Position numbers and translations under genes: made by a program. Positions 1 through 12,063 of a DNA stretch of 64,000 nt are shown piece after piece. Position 1 is the first letter of the stretch, and each line of letters starts with the position of its first letter. The notes under the pieces were generated by a model that saw nothing but the letters and a program-made list of their open reading frames with translations, had not been told where the DNA came from and did not search any database. Origin of the DNA: Malacoraja senta (taxonomy: Eukaryota); the NCBI GenBank assembly GCA_038087875.1, contig JAXLNO010000709.1, positions 248,001-312,000 of the forward strand. Direction: 5' to 3'.

Positions 1-667
1 ACTTTAACAAAGGACCTTTAGATTTTCCCCTAGTCACATTACAATTCAGGGTGGGATTTTCTTTTCCAGTCAGTAATCTGTTTCCTTTTGCCCCCCTCAT
101 ATCAGTTTTTATTGCTTTACAAGCCTTGTCATCTATTGAAGTAGTAGCAGTTCCATAAACCTCATTGTTTGATGCGGAACAGTATTTTCCACCGGGTTCG
201 GGTGTAACATGATAACGTCATTGTATTTTAAGGTTTCAATACCCGGTCACATTTTTTTTACTAAGCAATTGATTATATGTGGGAGCTGCCAAGGAAAGCA
301 GTTTATCTCATCGCAGCTCTGTGGTAGTTTAATACCCCTCCGTGCTTTGCTATTGTTAAGTGGAAAGTTTTGTCCATTATTGTCTAGAAAAAATAAATGT
401 TGTAGATTTAAAGACTCATCGAACTGAAAGTTCCGCGGTCAATTTTAAAGCTTTATTAAATCGAAGTATTGTACGGCAGTACTTCTGTACTTCACTCAAG
501 TGGGGTTTTGTCCTTTCTGTTTAAGTCAGTTCTGCACTAGCCACATCAGCTCATCATTGGGGATTTGCCAATTGTTTAGACTTTAAAAAAATGGAGGAAC
601 ATTCTCTTTGATTTTCCCTGTACACTGTGGATGGCTTGATTGTAATCATGTATTATCTTTCCGCTGA

Positions 668-1128
668 AGATATACACAAAATGCTGGAGTAACTCAGCGG
701 GACAGGCAGCATCTCTGGAGAGAAGGAATGGGTGATGTTTCAGGTCGAGACCCTTCTTCAGACTGAGAGTCAGGGGAGAGGGAGACATGGAAGGGTTAGG
801 TGTGAAAAGAACAGATCAAAGGGGATGCTGTCAAGGAAAATGCAGAATGGTTCATTGTTAGCTGCGGAGAAAGTGACAACGAGGCGCACAATCAGTAAAA
901 TGTAATCAATGAAACTAGTCGGAGAGCTAGGATGGGGGAGGGGGAAGACAGAGGGAAAGCAAGGGTTACTTGAAATTAATTGGAGGAACGCAAATTGGAG
1001 GAACAGCACCTCACATTTCGCTTGGGCAGCTTACAACCCAGTGGTATGATGTTGATTTCTCTAACTTCTTATTAACTTTCACTTCTCTATCTTTGGTGTA
1101 AACCAGCATCTGCAGTACCTTCCTACAC
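668..1128 (-). mobile_element. Penelope-like element 3' fragment with hammerhead-like motif and partial inversion
   Basis: Matches the 3' region of the Penelope copy at 3130-4160. Degenerate CTGAAGA..GAAA motif on - at ~733-762. Flanked by 16-bp TSD attatctttcc(g/a)ctga at 652-667 and 1129-1144. Confidence 0.8.
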
Positions 1129-1499
1129 ATTATCTTTCCACTGACTAGTTAGCACGCAACAAACGCTTTTCACTGTACCTCGGTACACATGACAATAAAC
1201 TGAACTAACTAACTGACTAATCAACAGTTTATTGTGAATCTTAGTACGGAATTCTTCTTCAAACAGTAGTGGAAGCAGAGTCTTGGAATATTTTTAAGGC
1301 AGATATTTAATAAGTACAGTGATGAAATGTTACTGTCGGTAAGTAGGAATGCAGACATGACGTTGAGCCATGATCCTATTAAATAACGGAGCAGATTTAA
1401 GAGCCTTTGTGGCCTCTTCCTATGCTTCTCAATTCACATGGTATAATATTGCAAGGAGTGAATAAATGTAACATTCATAGGACACATTTCATTCAGCAA

Positions 1500-1812
1500 A
1501 TTTCTGAATATATCAGTCAGAATCATTTTCCCAGGATGGAAATATCAAATACTAGAGGGCATAGTTTTAAGGAGAGTGGGGCAAAGTTTAAAGGAAATGT
1601 GCAGGGCAAGTTTTATTTACATAGAGTTGAATGCCTGAAACACACTGCGTGGGTCATGGTTGAAGCAGATATGTTAGTGGCATTTCAAAGACATTTGGGT
1701 AGGCATATGGATATGCAGGGAATGAAGGGAAATGATTACGTGCAATTAGATAAGTGATGGTCTTGGCAACATGTCGAATGGCCAGATTGTGTGCTGTACT
1801 GTTCTATGTTCT
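1500..1812 (+). mobile_element. CR1 LINE 3' fragment, degraded
   Basis: FPRMEISNTRGHSFK..FQRHLGRHMD resembles the CR1 ORF2 C-terminus; ttctatg tail. Confidence 0.75.
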
Positions 1813-1834
1813 ATATTCTATATCAATCCAAGAG

Positions 1835-2265
1835 TCATAGATAGAGTGGTACAGTGTGGAAATAGGCTCTTCAGCCCACCTTGCCCACACTGGCCAACAT
1901 ATCCCAGCTACACTGGTTCCACCTGCCCACATTTGGACCATATCCCTCCAAACCTGTCCTATCCATGTACCTGTCTAACTGTTTCTTAAATGTTGGGATA
2001 GTCCCTGTCTCAACTACCTCCTCTGGCAGCTTGTTCCATACACCCATCACCCTTTGTGCGAAAAAGTTACCCGTCAGATTCCTATTAATTTTTTTCCCCT
2101 TCTCCTTAAACCTATGTCCTCTGGTCCTCGATTCACCTAATCTGGGTAAGAGACTCTGTGCATCTACCCAATCTATTCCTCTCATGATCTTATACACCTC
2201 TATAAGATCACCCCTCATTCTCCTGCTCTCGAAGGATTCGAGTCCCAGCCTGCTCAACCTTTCCC
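1835..2265 (-). mobile_element. CR1 LINE 3' fragment
   Basis: ORF 1871-2275 contains RRMRGDLIEVYKIM..TRGHRFK..VWNKLP, the CR1 ORF2 C-terminal motifs. Confidence 0.9.
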
Positions 2266-2688
2266 TATTGGTCAAGAATTTTTATTTTCTGTTATGAATT
2301 AGAACAGTGGCATTTGTGTTTGCTGTAGTGCAATAGATACAACAATAAAAACACTATAAATTATCAGTTATTCTAAGTAAACTGGACCATGGTAGTACAA
2401 AAACCAAAGTATGTAGAGCCACCATTATAGCAAAGTTCATACTGGCTCGGGAGGGTTGGGTTGAGTTATGGTTAAGGTTATGCAGAATGGGTCAAGAACC
2501 AGATAGTTGATAGAAAGAAGCTGTTCTTGAACATGGCAGTAATGGTTCTTAGGCTCCTATGCCACCTTTCCGATAGGAGCAATGAGAAGAGAGCGTATCC
2601 AAAGTGGTGTGGATCTTTGCTGATATTCGCTGCCTTCTTGAGAGTGCATCCTGTAGATCGCTCTTTGGTGGGGAGGTCACTACCCATG

Positions 2689-2783
2689 TTACCTGTCTGA
2701 AGAAGGATCTCGAACTGAAATGTCACCCATTCCTTCTCTCCAGTGATGCTGCCTTTCCTGCTGAGTTACTCCAGCATTTTGTG
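2689..2783 (+). mobile_element. 95-bp Penelope-derived insert with degenerate hammerhead motif
   Basis: ctgaagaaggatctcgaactgaaatgtc; 10-bp TSD actacccatg at 2679-2688 and 2784-2793. Confidence 0.8.
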
Positions 2784-3129
2784 ACTACCCATGAAAGACT
2801 GGGTAATATCCACCACTTTCTGAAGCCTCCTTTATTCTTGAGCTTTCGAGTTTCTAAAGCAAATCTTGATGCAACTTCTCCAAACGCTCTCCGCTGTACA
2901 CTTGTAATGTTTGTTGGAGTATTCGACAACGTGCAAAATCTCCTCAAACTTCATGAGGAAGTAGAGGCATTAGTGAGCTTTAATGCATCAAACTGCTGGG
3001 CCCAGGACAGATCATCTTAACGTTTATGCCGAGGAACATGAGATAGTTGGCTATCGCATCGTTACTGAATTTTCCCTTCTTGAAGTCAACAATCTGCTCC
3101 TTGGTCTAGCTAATATTGTGAGCAAGATT

Positions 3130-4160
3130 GCGGAGGAAGGAACTGCAGATGCTGGTTTAAACCGAAGATAGACACAAAATGTTGGAGTAACTCAGAGGGA
3201 CAGGCAGCATCTCTGGAGAGAAGGAATGGGTGATGTTTTGGGTCAAGACCCTTTTTCAGTGATGTCAGAGGAGAGGGATACATAGATACATAGATACATA
3301 GAAAATAGGTGCAGGAGTAGGCCATTCGGCCCTTCGAGCCTGCACCGCCATTCAATACGATCATGGCTGATCATCCAACTCAGTATCCCGTACCTGCCTT
3401 CTCTCCATACCCCCTGATCCCTTTAGCCACAAGGGCCACATCTAATTCCTTCTTAAATATAGCCAATGAACTGGCCTCAACTACCCTCTGTGGCAGAGAG
3501 TTCCAGAGATTCACCACTCTCTGTGTGAAAAAGTTTTTCCTCATCTCGGTCCTAAAGGATTTCCCCCTTATCCTTAAGCTGTGACCCCTTGTCCTGGACT
3601 TCCCCAACATCGGGAACAATCTTCCTGCATCTAGCCTGTCCAACCCCATAAGAATCTTGTACGTTTCTATAAGATCCCCTCTCAATCTCCATAGATAAGG
3701 TAGTGTGAGGTGGGAAAATAGGACAAAGGGGATGCTGATCAAGGAAAATGTAGAATAGATCATTGTTAGCTGGGAGTAGGTAACAACAAAGCAAACAGAG
3801 ATAAAATGTAGTCAGAGACAGTAAGACTGGTCGGAGAACTGGGAAGGGGAGGGATGGAGAGAGAGGGAAAGCAAGGGTGACAGTACTTGAAGTTAGAGAA
3901 GTCAATATTCATACCGTTGGGGCGTAAGCTCACCAAGCGAAATATGAGGTGCTGTTCCTCCAATTTACGCTGGGCCTTACTCTGACAATGGAGGAGGCCC
4001 AGGACAGAAAGGTCAGTGTGGGAAAGGGAGGGGGAATTAAAGTGTTTAGCAACTGGGAGATCAGGTAGGTTTAGGCGGACTGAGCAGAGGTGTTCAGCAA
4101 AACGATCGCCAGGCCTGCGCTTCGTCTCGCCGATATATAGGAGTCCACACCTGGAACATC
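3130..4160 (-). mobile_element. 5'-truncated Penelope-like element (GIY-YIG endonuclease C-terminus plus 3' repeat)
   Basis: ORF 3766-4194 RCSRCGLLYIGETKRR..RFAEH..RKLEEQHLIF; 14-bp TSD ttgtgagcaagatt at 3116-3129 and 4161-4174. Confidence 0.9.
3281..3689 (-). mobile_element. Young CR1 3' fragment nested in the Penelope element
   Basis: RLRGDLIETYKIL..VNLWNSLP; (atctatgt)n tail; near-identical to 19363-19771. Confidence 0.9.
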
Positions 4161-5917
4161 TTGTGAGCAAGATTATTGTTCTGGCTCCACTCAACTAGGA
4201 TGTCCATCTCTCGTTACCCATTATTAATCCAATGACATTGGTATCTGGCGTATTTATAGATGGCATTTAAGCCATGTCTGGCTACACCTTCATGGGTATA
4301 GAGAGAGTAGAGCAGGGAACTGAGCACTCAGCTCTGAGGGGCTCCTGTGCTGATAGCCAGCGAGGAGGAGGTGTTATTGCCCTGTATATCAGTAAAAGCA
4401 CTGCTGAGAGTTCCCGAGAGATTTCGGACACTTCCTCATTTTCAGCTGTGAAATCCGGAGAGAACACAAAACAGATATCCATCACTTAATCTCTACCACA
4501 GAGGAACCTCTGAATGGTAATCTGTCACAAGCCACTTGTATAACCGATTGACTGCACATTAGTGCAGAAGAAAGCAAGGGAAAACAAAAATAATAAAGAC
4601 AATCAAAAATAAATACTAAGAACAAGAAATAACATGTTTGCGTTTCTGTTGCATGCTTTGCAACCTGAATATTATGTAGTTTAGTTTTTCTATTTAGCAT
4701 GTAGTTATTATAAGGCACATAACTCAGTTATGCCTTTCTATCTGCTTTATTAACGTGCAATGGTTCCAGAGTATTTCAACATAAACTAAGAGTGCAATAA
4801 GGGAATTATTGATTTCCATAACCTGCTAAATGCAGGAGTGGACAGCGAGCTTGTGAGGTTTGTAGTACTTCATCTATTACAATTCCACATCTCTGGTAAA
4901 ATGTGAACCATTCCCTGAAATCTTCCAACACATTTTTCCTACGATCGTTTGACAGCAAATTCATTGTCTTATAATGTGGTCGGAAACACCGAGGGGGGAT
5001 GGGAGCAGAAGGAGTTTCCCGTGTGAATGCAGCTTTTGAATTGGTCTGGGTGCGTTACAAGAGACCTCGGGGCTGAGCGTCAGATGTGTTTTGATGTTTG
5101 AAGTAATTAAGAGAAAAATTGCTGCTTTTGTTTGCTGCAGCGCTCCAGGTGTTTCAGACTTCATTCTACCAAGGGGTGCACTTCCTTCACATGCCAAAAC
5201 ATAACTTTACAAACGCAAATTGGCTGACATGTATTAGTTAATGCTATCCATAGTATTAGTAACTAGTGGAGAAAAAGAAAGATTAATTACAAAATTAATG
5301 CATGCTCTACTACATAATAATTAACTAAGTTATCCATGGGCTACCAAACCAACCTGGAATTGAAACCTTATATTTAAAATACGATATTAGATGCTGTAAA
5401 AATGCAGTCAGTTATAATTTATTTTCACTGCTGAGCAAAAGTACATTAAGTAACTCCTTCCAGAGGAAATGCATCAGTCATCAGTCATGTACAATCTGTA
5501 ATACAGTATGACTCCAAAGCTTTTTTAAATTTTAAATATGGAACATGGAATTTTACAAACCTTTTTAGCTACAATTATTTTTTCCCAAGTTATCAGCTTT
5601 TTTTTAAATATTAGAAGCAATGTACATACATAATAATCCTGGTATATAACATAATACATTTCATGTACAACTTCTTTTTTTTTTGATAGAAAAGAAAGAA
5701 AGAAAAAAGAGAAGCTTGAGGATAGTAGGGTGCAATAATTGACGGTTAATGATTGATAATTAGATAAGTAGACTGCGTCCTTAGAAGTGTAAGGAAAAAA
5801 AAAGCCCCGAAAATAAAAGGGCATTAAGAAAAGAAAGGAGATAAGAAGAAAATAATTATCAGCTTAATGAGTTGATTTTTAATAATGTAAATGTACACCA
5901 AATCATACTTTTTGGTG

Positions 5918-6228
5918 TTTAGTTTAGTTTAGAAATACAGCACGGAAACAGGCTCTTCGGCCCACCGTGTCGGCGCCGACCAGTGATCGCCGCGCATTAA
6001 CACTATCCTACACCAGGGAAATTTACACATACATCAAGCCAATTAACCTACAAACCTGTATGTCTTTGGCGTGTGGGAGGAAACCGAAGATGTCGGAGAA
6101 AAACCCACGCGGTCACGGGGAGAACGTACAAACTCTGTACAGACAGCACCCATAGACGGGATCGAACCTGGGTCTCCAGCGCAGCATGCGCTGTAAGGCA
6201 GCAACTCTACCGCTGCGCCATCATGCCA
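5918..6228 (-). mobile_element. tRNA-derived V-SINE
   Basis: On -: A-box tggcgcagcggtag, B-box ggttcgatcc, V-domain-like core gagtttgtacgttctccccgtgaccgcgtgggttt, (aaact)n tail. Confidence 0.85.
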
Positions 6229-6802
6229 CGCTGTTCTGAATTTTTGGATTCTGTCCTGAATTTTTTTCAGTATTTGCTAAGAGTGGAATATTGGAAAAAT
6301 CTCTGCATCCCGTTATCGTACAATCAATGGGGTGTTAGATTCTGCAGCATGTAATGGATGCAAATCCCAATGAGATCGGTCCCTGCCTAATGAACTGCAG
6401 GTGGCAGAGCAAACTGACAGGTTTCACTGTATTCAGAATCACCATTGTTCATTCAACCTTTGCAACTGAAGTAAGTTCCCTGGTTCTGTGCTCAGGGTTG
6501 TTAAGGATGTTAATTAAAGGCCTATTTCAATTTCTGCAACTCAAAACTGCATGAAAGTCTGCTTCATGCAGCCCACAAGATCAAATCTTCTCTTTCTCCA
6601 TCAAATACACCGTTTAACATGGAACAGTACAGCACAGGAACATAATGCCCCTTGACCCACAATGTCCATGCCGAACATGATGCCAAGATTAACTAATCTC
6701 ATCTGCCTGCACATGATCCATATCCCTCCTTCCTCTGTTGGTTTCTTCCTGTGTGGCTCCTGGTGCGGTCTTCCATTATCAACCATCAATATTCTCACTG
6801 GT

Positions 6803-7011
6803 GTAGGAAGGCGCTGCAGATGCTGGTTTATACCGAAGATAGACACAAATTGCTGGAGTAACTCAGCGCGTCAGGCAGCATCTCTCGAGAAAAGGAATAG
6901 GTGATGTTTTGGGTCGATTTGTCGGAAGAAGACCGTTCTGACCCGAAACGTCATCTTTTCCTTTTTTCCACAGATGCTGCTAGACCCAATGAGTTACTCA
7001 GGCATTTTGTG
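6803..7011. mobile_element. Fold-back (palindromic) Penelope-derived short element
   Basis: Two inverted copies of the Penelope 3' repeat joined at the hammerhead region; TSD tcaatattctc(a/c)ctggt at 6786-6802 and 7012-7028. Confidence 0.8.
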
Positions 7012-7164
7012 TCAATATTCTCCCTGGTATTGAAAGTTTGGAAAAATCTTTAACTTGCAAACATTCAAATTCATCAAGTAAATATCGGAAAGATAAAATG
7101 ATTTAAATTCAGTGTTTACATTTACAAATCTGTAGGTGAGGAGTCAACTAGCACAGCACAGGGA

Positions 7165-8095
7165 TGTTTAAGAAGGAACTGCAGATGCTGGAAAATCGAA
7201 GGTATACACAAGTGCTGGAGAAACTCAGCGGGTGCAGCAGCATCTATGGAGCGAAGGAAATAGGCAACGTTTCGGGCCGAAACCCTTCTTCAGACTGATG
7301 GAGGGTAGGGGGGGGCGGGGAGAAGAAAGGAAAAAGGAGGAGGAGGAGCCCGAGGGCTGAGGGAGAGCTGAGAAGGGGAGGAGACAGCAAGGGCTAACGG
7401 AATTGGGTGAATTCAATGTTTATCCCACTAGGGTGCAGACTGCCAAGCAGAATATGAGGTGCTGTTCCTCCAATTTCCGGTGGTGCTCACTCTGGCCATG
7501 GAGGAGGCCCAGGACAGAGAGGTCGGATACGGAATGGGAGGGGGAGTTGAAGTGCTGATCCACCGGGAGGTCAGGTTGGTTAATGCGGACCGAGCGGAGG
7601 TGTTCGGCGAAACGATCGCCAAGCCTACGCTTGGTCTCACCAATGTAGATCAGCTGACATCTAGAGCAGCGGATGCAATAGATGAGGTTGGAGGAGGTGC
7701 AGGTGAACCTCTGTCGCACCTGGAACGACTGCTTGGGTCCTTGAATGGAGTCGAGGGGGGAGGTAAAGCGACAAGTGTAGCATCTCTTGCAGTTGCAAGG
7801 GAAAGTGCCCGGGGAGGGGGTGGTGCGGGAGGGAAGGGAAGAATTGACAAGGGAGTTACGGAGGGAGCGGTCTTTGCGGAAAGCAGACGGGGGAGATGGG
7901 AAGATGTGGCGAGTGGTGGGGTCCCGTTGGAGGTGGCGAAACTGACGGAGGACTATTTGTTGTATGTGACGGCTAGTGGGGTGAAAGGTGAGGACTAGGG
8001 GGACTCTGCCCTTGTTACGAGTGGGGGGGTGGGGAGAGAGAGCAGTGTTACGGGGTATGGAAGAGACCCTGGTGCGAGCCTCATCTATAGTAGGG
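7165..8095 (-). mobile_element. Penelope-like element 3' part: Cys-rich linker, GIY-YIG endonuclease and hammerhead-bearing 3' repeat
   Basis: ORF 7420-8157: VPLVLTFHP..CNCKRCYTC..NLIYCIRCSRCQLIYIGETKRRLGDRFAEH. Confidence 0.92.
7266..7293 (-). ncRNA. Minimal type-I hammerhead ribozyme motif (Penelope 3' repeat)
   Basis: Minus strand reads CTGAAGA-A-GGGT TTCG GCCC-GAAA-CGTT: both conserved core boxes flank a stem II hairpin. Confidence 0.7.
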
Positions 8096-8124
8096 GAGAA
8101 CAGCACAGGGATCCTCGGGCAGGC

Positions 8125-8470
8125 ATTATTTCCCATCAAGTCTACTCCGCCATTCAATCATGGCTGATCTAGCTTTCCCTCTCAACCCCATTCTCCTGCC
8201 ATCTCCCCAATAACCCCTGACACCTGTACTAATCAAGTTTCTGTCAATCTCTGCCTTAACAATATCCATTGACTTGGCCTCCACAGCCATCCATGGCAAT
8301 GAATTCCACAGATTCACCACTCTCTGACTAAAGAAATTCCTCCTCCTCCTTTCTAAAGGTATCTCCTTTTATCATGAGGCTATGGCCTCTGGTCCTAGAC
8401 TCTCCCACTGGTGGAAGCATCCTCTCCACATTCACTCTATCTAGGCCTTTCACTATTCGGTGAGTTTCAA
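8125..8470 (-). mobile_element. CR1 LINE 3' fragment
   Basis: VNLWNSLP..AEIDR motif and CR1 3'UTR. Confidence 0.85.
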
Positions 8471-8471
8471 T

Positions 8472-8819
8472 TGATAATTGCTCGTTTCTAAGCTTCCCCG
8501 CAGTCTAGTTTCAGTAAAAACACTGAATCAAGCACTTGAAACAACTAAATTTTATTTTACCTAAAGCGCGTCACAGATTAAACACTGTACCTATCCCACC
8601 GCGGGTTCGATCCTCGCGTCTGCCTGTTCAAGCCCTCTAGGCCTCGCTCAGCAGAGGCACTCCAGAAGTTCACGCAGTCCCAAGCGTTCTTCCAGAAGAT
8701 CGGCCCTGGACCTCGTGGTAGTGGACTTTTATATGTCCCGGGACCTCGAGGGGCTGAACCACATGGGGGTGGTCTCTTAATCACCCAATTACAGATATCG
8801 ATTAACCCCATACATAACA
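8472..8819 (-). mobile_element. Probable LTR
   Basis: TG..CA termini (tgttat...ttatca on -); TATAAA at 8728-8733 then AATAAA at 8551-8556 in LTR order; purine-rich tract just upstream. Confidence 0.5.
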
Positions 8820-10034
8820 GGCATTTCCCTAACCCAATGATACAACAGTTCAATACATTGTATTCACAACGGACTTTGAGAGGAAGTCAACTTACAAACA
8901 TTTACCCTGATTTACAGAAAACCCAGACAATGCTCAGCACCTCATCCAATCAACACTTGGCAAAGTCAGACTCTGCAACATTATTTACAACTATTTACAA
9001 GGTGTATGTCTGGTTTGCAGCCATCCAATCCATTCTATGCATTTTGCACCAGATTGACAGGGTTTGCAGAACTTCCCATTCTTTGCTTGCAAATTGTATC
9101 TAAGCTCCAGACACTCGGGCAGTGACTTTTTTTAAACTACGAGCTCAATTTTGCCGCCAAAACTATGATGCAGCTAACGGTATTCCACTATTCATGCACA
9201 AATACAATTGTAACTCCAGATTATGTCTGATTACATGCTTTTTATCCAAAAACCTAAAGGCATCATACCGTATGCCTCATCTTTGATTGGTTATGGTTTA
9301 TAATTGTCATATGTACCCAGATACAGTAAAAACCTTTTGTTTGCGTGATTTGATTGACTGAATAGCTTGAAGTCGCCATATTTCATGGTGAAAGCAAGGT
9401 TTCCACAGAAACATCATTTCAAGCTTGAATACCCTTTTAACAATGTGACGATTGTTAATCAATATAAATTGACCTCTCATGAAAAATGAATTATTTCAAA
9501 ACTGGAGCCTCAATCATTCAGATATTAAATGTTTTTCAAATTTTAAATGTCTCATGTCTCTTCTCCCTTCCTTAATCAAATCTTTCATTTTATGTCTCTT
9601 CCCGTATCTGATTTAACACTTAATTCAATATGCTCTAATTTTGCATTCTGTCCATACGCTGTTTATTTTTCAATACTTTTATCAGATTAGTAAGTGCGAG
9701 AAGCACTTACCTGCCCTCTTTCCTCAGGTCCCAGTTATCTATGTTGTTATCAGCTAAAACATCCAGTGACTTAATGGAAACAAATGTTCTGGGTTGAAAG
9801 GTGCTGGGATATGTCTAATTAGTGACAAGTGTCGAGAGATTTCTCACTACAGCAAAATCTGAGACACATTTTCTTCTAATATTATTCAATTTAAACACTG
9901 GTTGAATGCTGTGAAAATGTACATATTTGGTGAGGGATTCTCGCCAACATTCTGTCACAAATATGAGATCCATCTTCACAAGATCATTACAATAAAATTA
10001 AATCAACTCATAAAGCAACTAAATAGACAGCTTA

Positions 10035-10346
10035 GTTAAGTTTAGTTTAGAGATACAGCGCGGAAACAGGTCCTTCGGCCCACCGGGTCAACACCGACCA
10101 ATGATCCCTGCACATTTATACTATCCTACGCACACTAGGGATAATTTATATTTATGCCAAACCAATTAACCTACAAACCTGTACATCTGGGGAGTGTGGG
10201 AGGAAACTGGAGATCCCAGTGAAAACCCACGCAGGTCACGGGGAGAACGTACAAACTCCGTCCAAACAGCACCCATAGTCAGGATCGAACCTGGGTCTCT
10301 GGCGCTGTAAGACAGCAACTCTACCGCTGCGCCACCATGCCACCCT
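10035..10346 (-). mobile_element. V-SINE
   Basis: A/B boxes, V-domain core, aaact tail. Confidence 0.85.
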
Positions 10347-10759
10347 GTGTTGTGAAACATGAAGCTGATTTGTATACCCAAAGTTCCCATAAATTGAAAA
10401 AAAATGTGTTTGATAATGTTGTTTTAACATAAATATTGACCAGCATTAATCTGAGAAATCCAGATACAGCCAAAATTGTGGCACTATGGGAGACTCAACT
10501 GGACAAGTGGGGAGCAGCAAGGGCAACAGAAGTGGGAGATTTGATAGTGATCAGGATCAAATCCAGGTCTCTGGATTTATAAGGCAGCAACTCTACCGCT
10601 GCGCCACTGTGTCGTTCTTACATAGTTCTAAGAATTTTGTATTATTACACAATTTTTGATGCCTTTTTTCATTGTGGTCCAATCTGAATTTTTTGATAGG
10701 ATTTTTATTGGCGCTGCAGTCTAAAAGAAAATCAGCATGTTTGAGTATAAGAGTCTGTA

Positions 10760-11050
10760 AATCATGATGCAGCTTTATGGGACTTTGGTTAAACCGCAGT
10801 ATTGCGTGCAGTTCACGTCACTCCCTTGCTGTAAGAATGTGGAGGCTTTGGAGAAGGTGCAGAAGATGTTTAGCAGAATGCAGCTTGGATTAGAGTGTAT
10901 TAACTATAAAGAGTTGGATAGATAAACTTAGATGGGGTTTTTTCTGGTATGTCAGTGGTTGAGGGAAGATCTAATAGAAGTATATAAAATTATGAGAGGC
11001 AGAGACGGATTAGACAGTCGGAAACTTTTTAACTAGGTGGAAATGTCATG
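10760..11050 (+). mobile_element. Degraded CR1 fragment
   Basis: Similar to CR1 ORF2 segments YCVQF..ALEKVQ..DLIEVYKIMRG. Confidence 0.65.
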
Positions 11051-11888
11051 CCTCAAAAACCTTTGATCTAATTAATAAGGATGCTGTGTACTTTAAAGTA
11101 AAGAAATAATCAGTAATCTCCTAGGCCAGCATGATGGTGCTGTAGATAGTGCACTGTCTCCAATGAACGGTTCTATTCTGACCTCCTGTGATAATCAGCA
11201 TGGAGTGAGCATGTTCTCTATATGTGAGTTTCCCCTGGGTACTCTGATTTCTTCCCACGCCCCAAAGGTGTGTTGATTGTTAGGTAATTGAGCATTGTAA
11301 ATTTACACCCAGTGCCGATGTTGGGGAGCTGATTGAAGTATGAGATTATTGGAAATAAAAGGAAAAGTGAAATTGTTTTGAGTACCAGCAGATTCTCAAT
11401 CGGTCAATTGACCTCTTCCTACGAACAAAGAATTATTTATATGGAAACACACAGTAGGGGATGCTGTATAGGTGAAATGAGATGTTAGTTAAAAGGCAGA
11501 GACCGTCTATAATGTAAACACAATGCAACTCAGAGGGAGGTTGGATGGACCATAGACAAGTTGAATTGTTTGTCTACTCTCTCTGATTGAAATGCTGGCA
11601 TTCTCAACAAGATTAAGTAAGTAAGTAAGTTTATTGGCCAAGTATTCACATACAAGGAATTTGCCTTGGTGCTCCGCCCACAAGTAACAACATGACATAC
11701 AGTGACAGTTACGAATGACTCAGAAAACACTAAACATTAATAATAATAAAACATTAATGATTAGATTTGAATCCTGTATGTGAATGGTTAAAACTGACTT
11801 TATAAAAGTGAGCGCATTATTTTGAGTGGAGAGCGATTGTTTTGAGGGAAATGGTTTAAAAAAAATAATAAACTACATGGAGTTTTCT

Positions 11889-12063
11889 GGAGAAACTCAG
11901 TGTGTGAGGCAGCATCTATGGAGCGAAGGAATAGGTGACGTTTCGGGTCGAGACCCGAAACGTCACCTATTCCTTCGCTCCATAGATGCTGCCACACCCG
12001 CTGATTTTCTCCAGCGTTTTTGTCTACCTTCGGTTTGTCCAGCATCTACAGTTCTTTCTTAAG
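11889..12063. mobile_element. Fold-back Penelope-derived short element
   Basis: Palindrome centred on ataggtgacgtttcgggtc-ga-gacccgaaacgtcacctat; 13-bp TSD catggagttttct at 11876-11888 and 12064-12076. Confidence 0.85.

Larger units (their letters stand above)
2340..4390 (-). mobile_element. Old Rex1/Babar-like LINE remnant hosting nested inserts
   Basis: LKKAANISKDPHH..FKNSFF (ORF 2478-2726) and a degraded GAPQ-like segment near 4330; homologous to 57572-58720. Confidence 0.75.

Noticed and set aside
576..788. Recurring short ORFs of the LKKGLDPKRHPFLLSRDAACPAELLQHF type
   Set aside because: Translations of the non-coding Penelope 3' repeat; frames are not maintained across copies.
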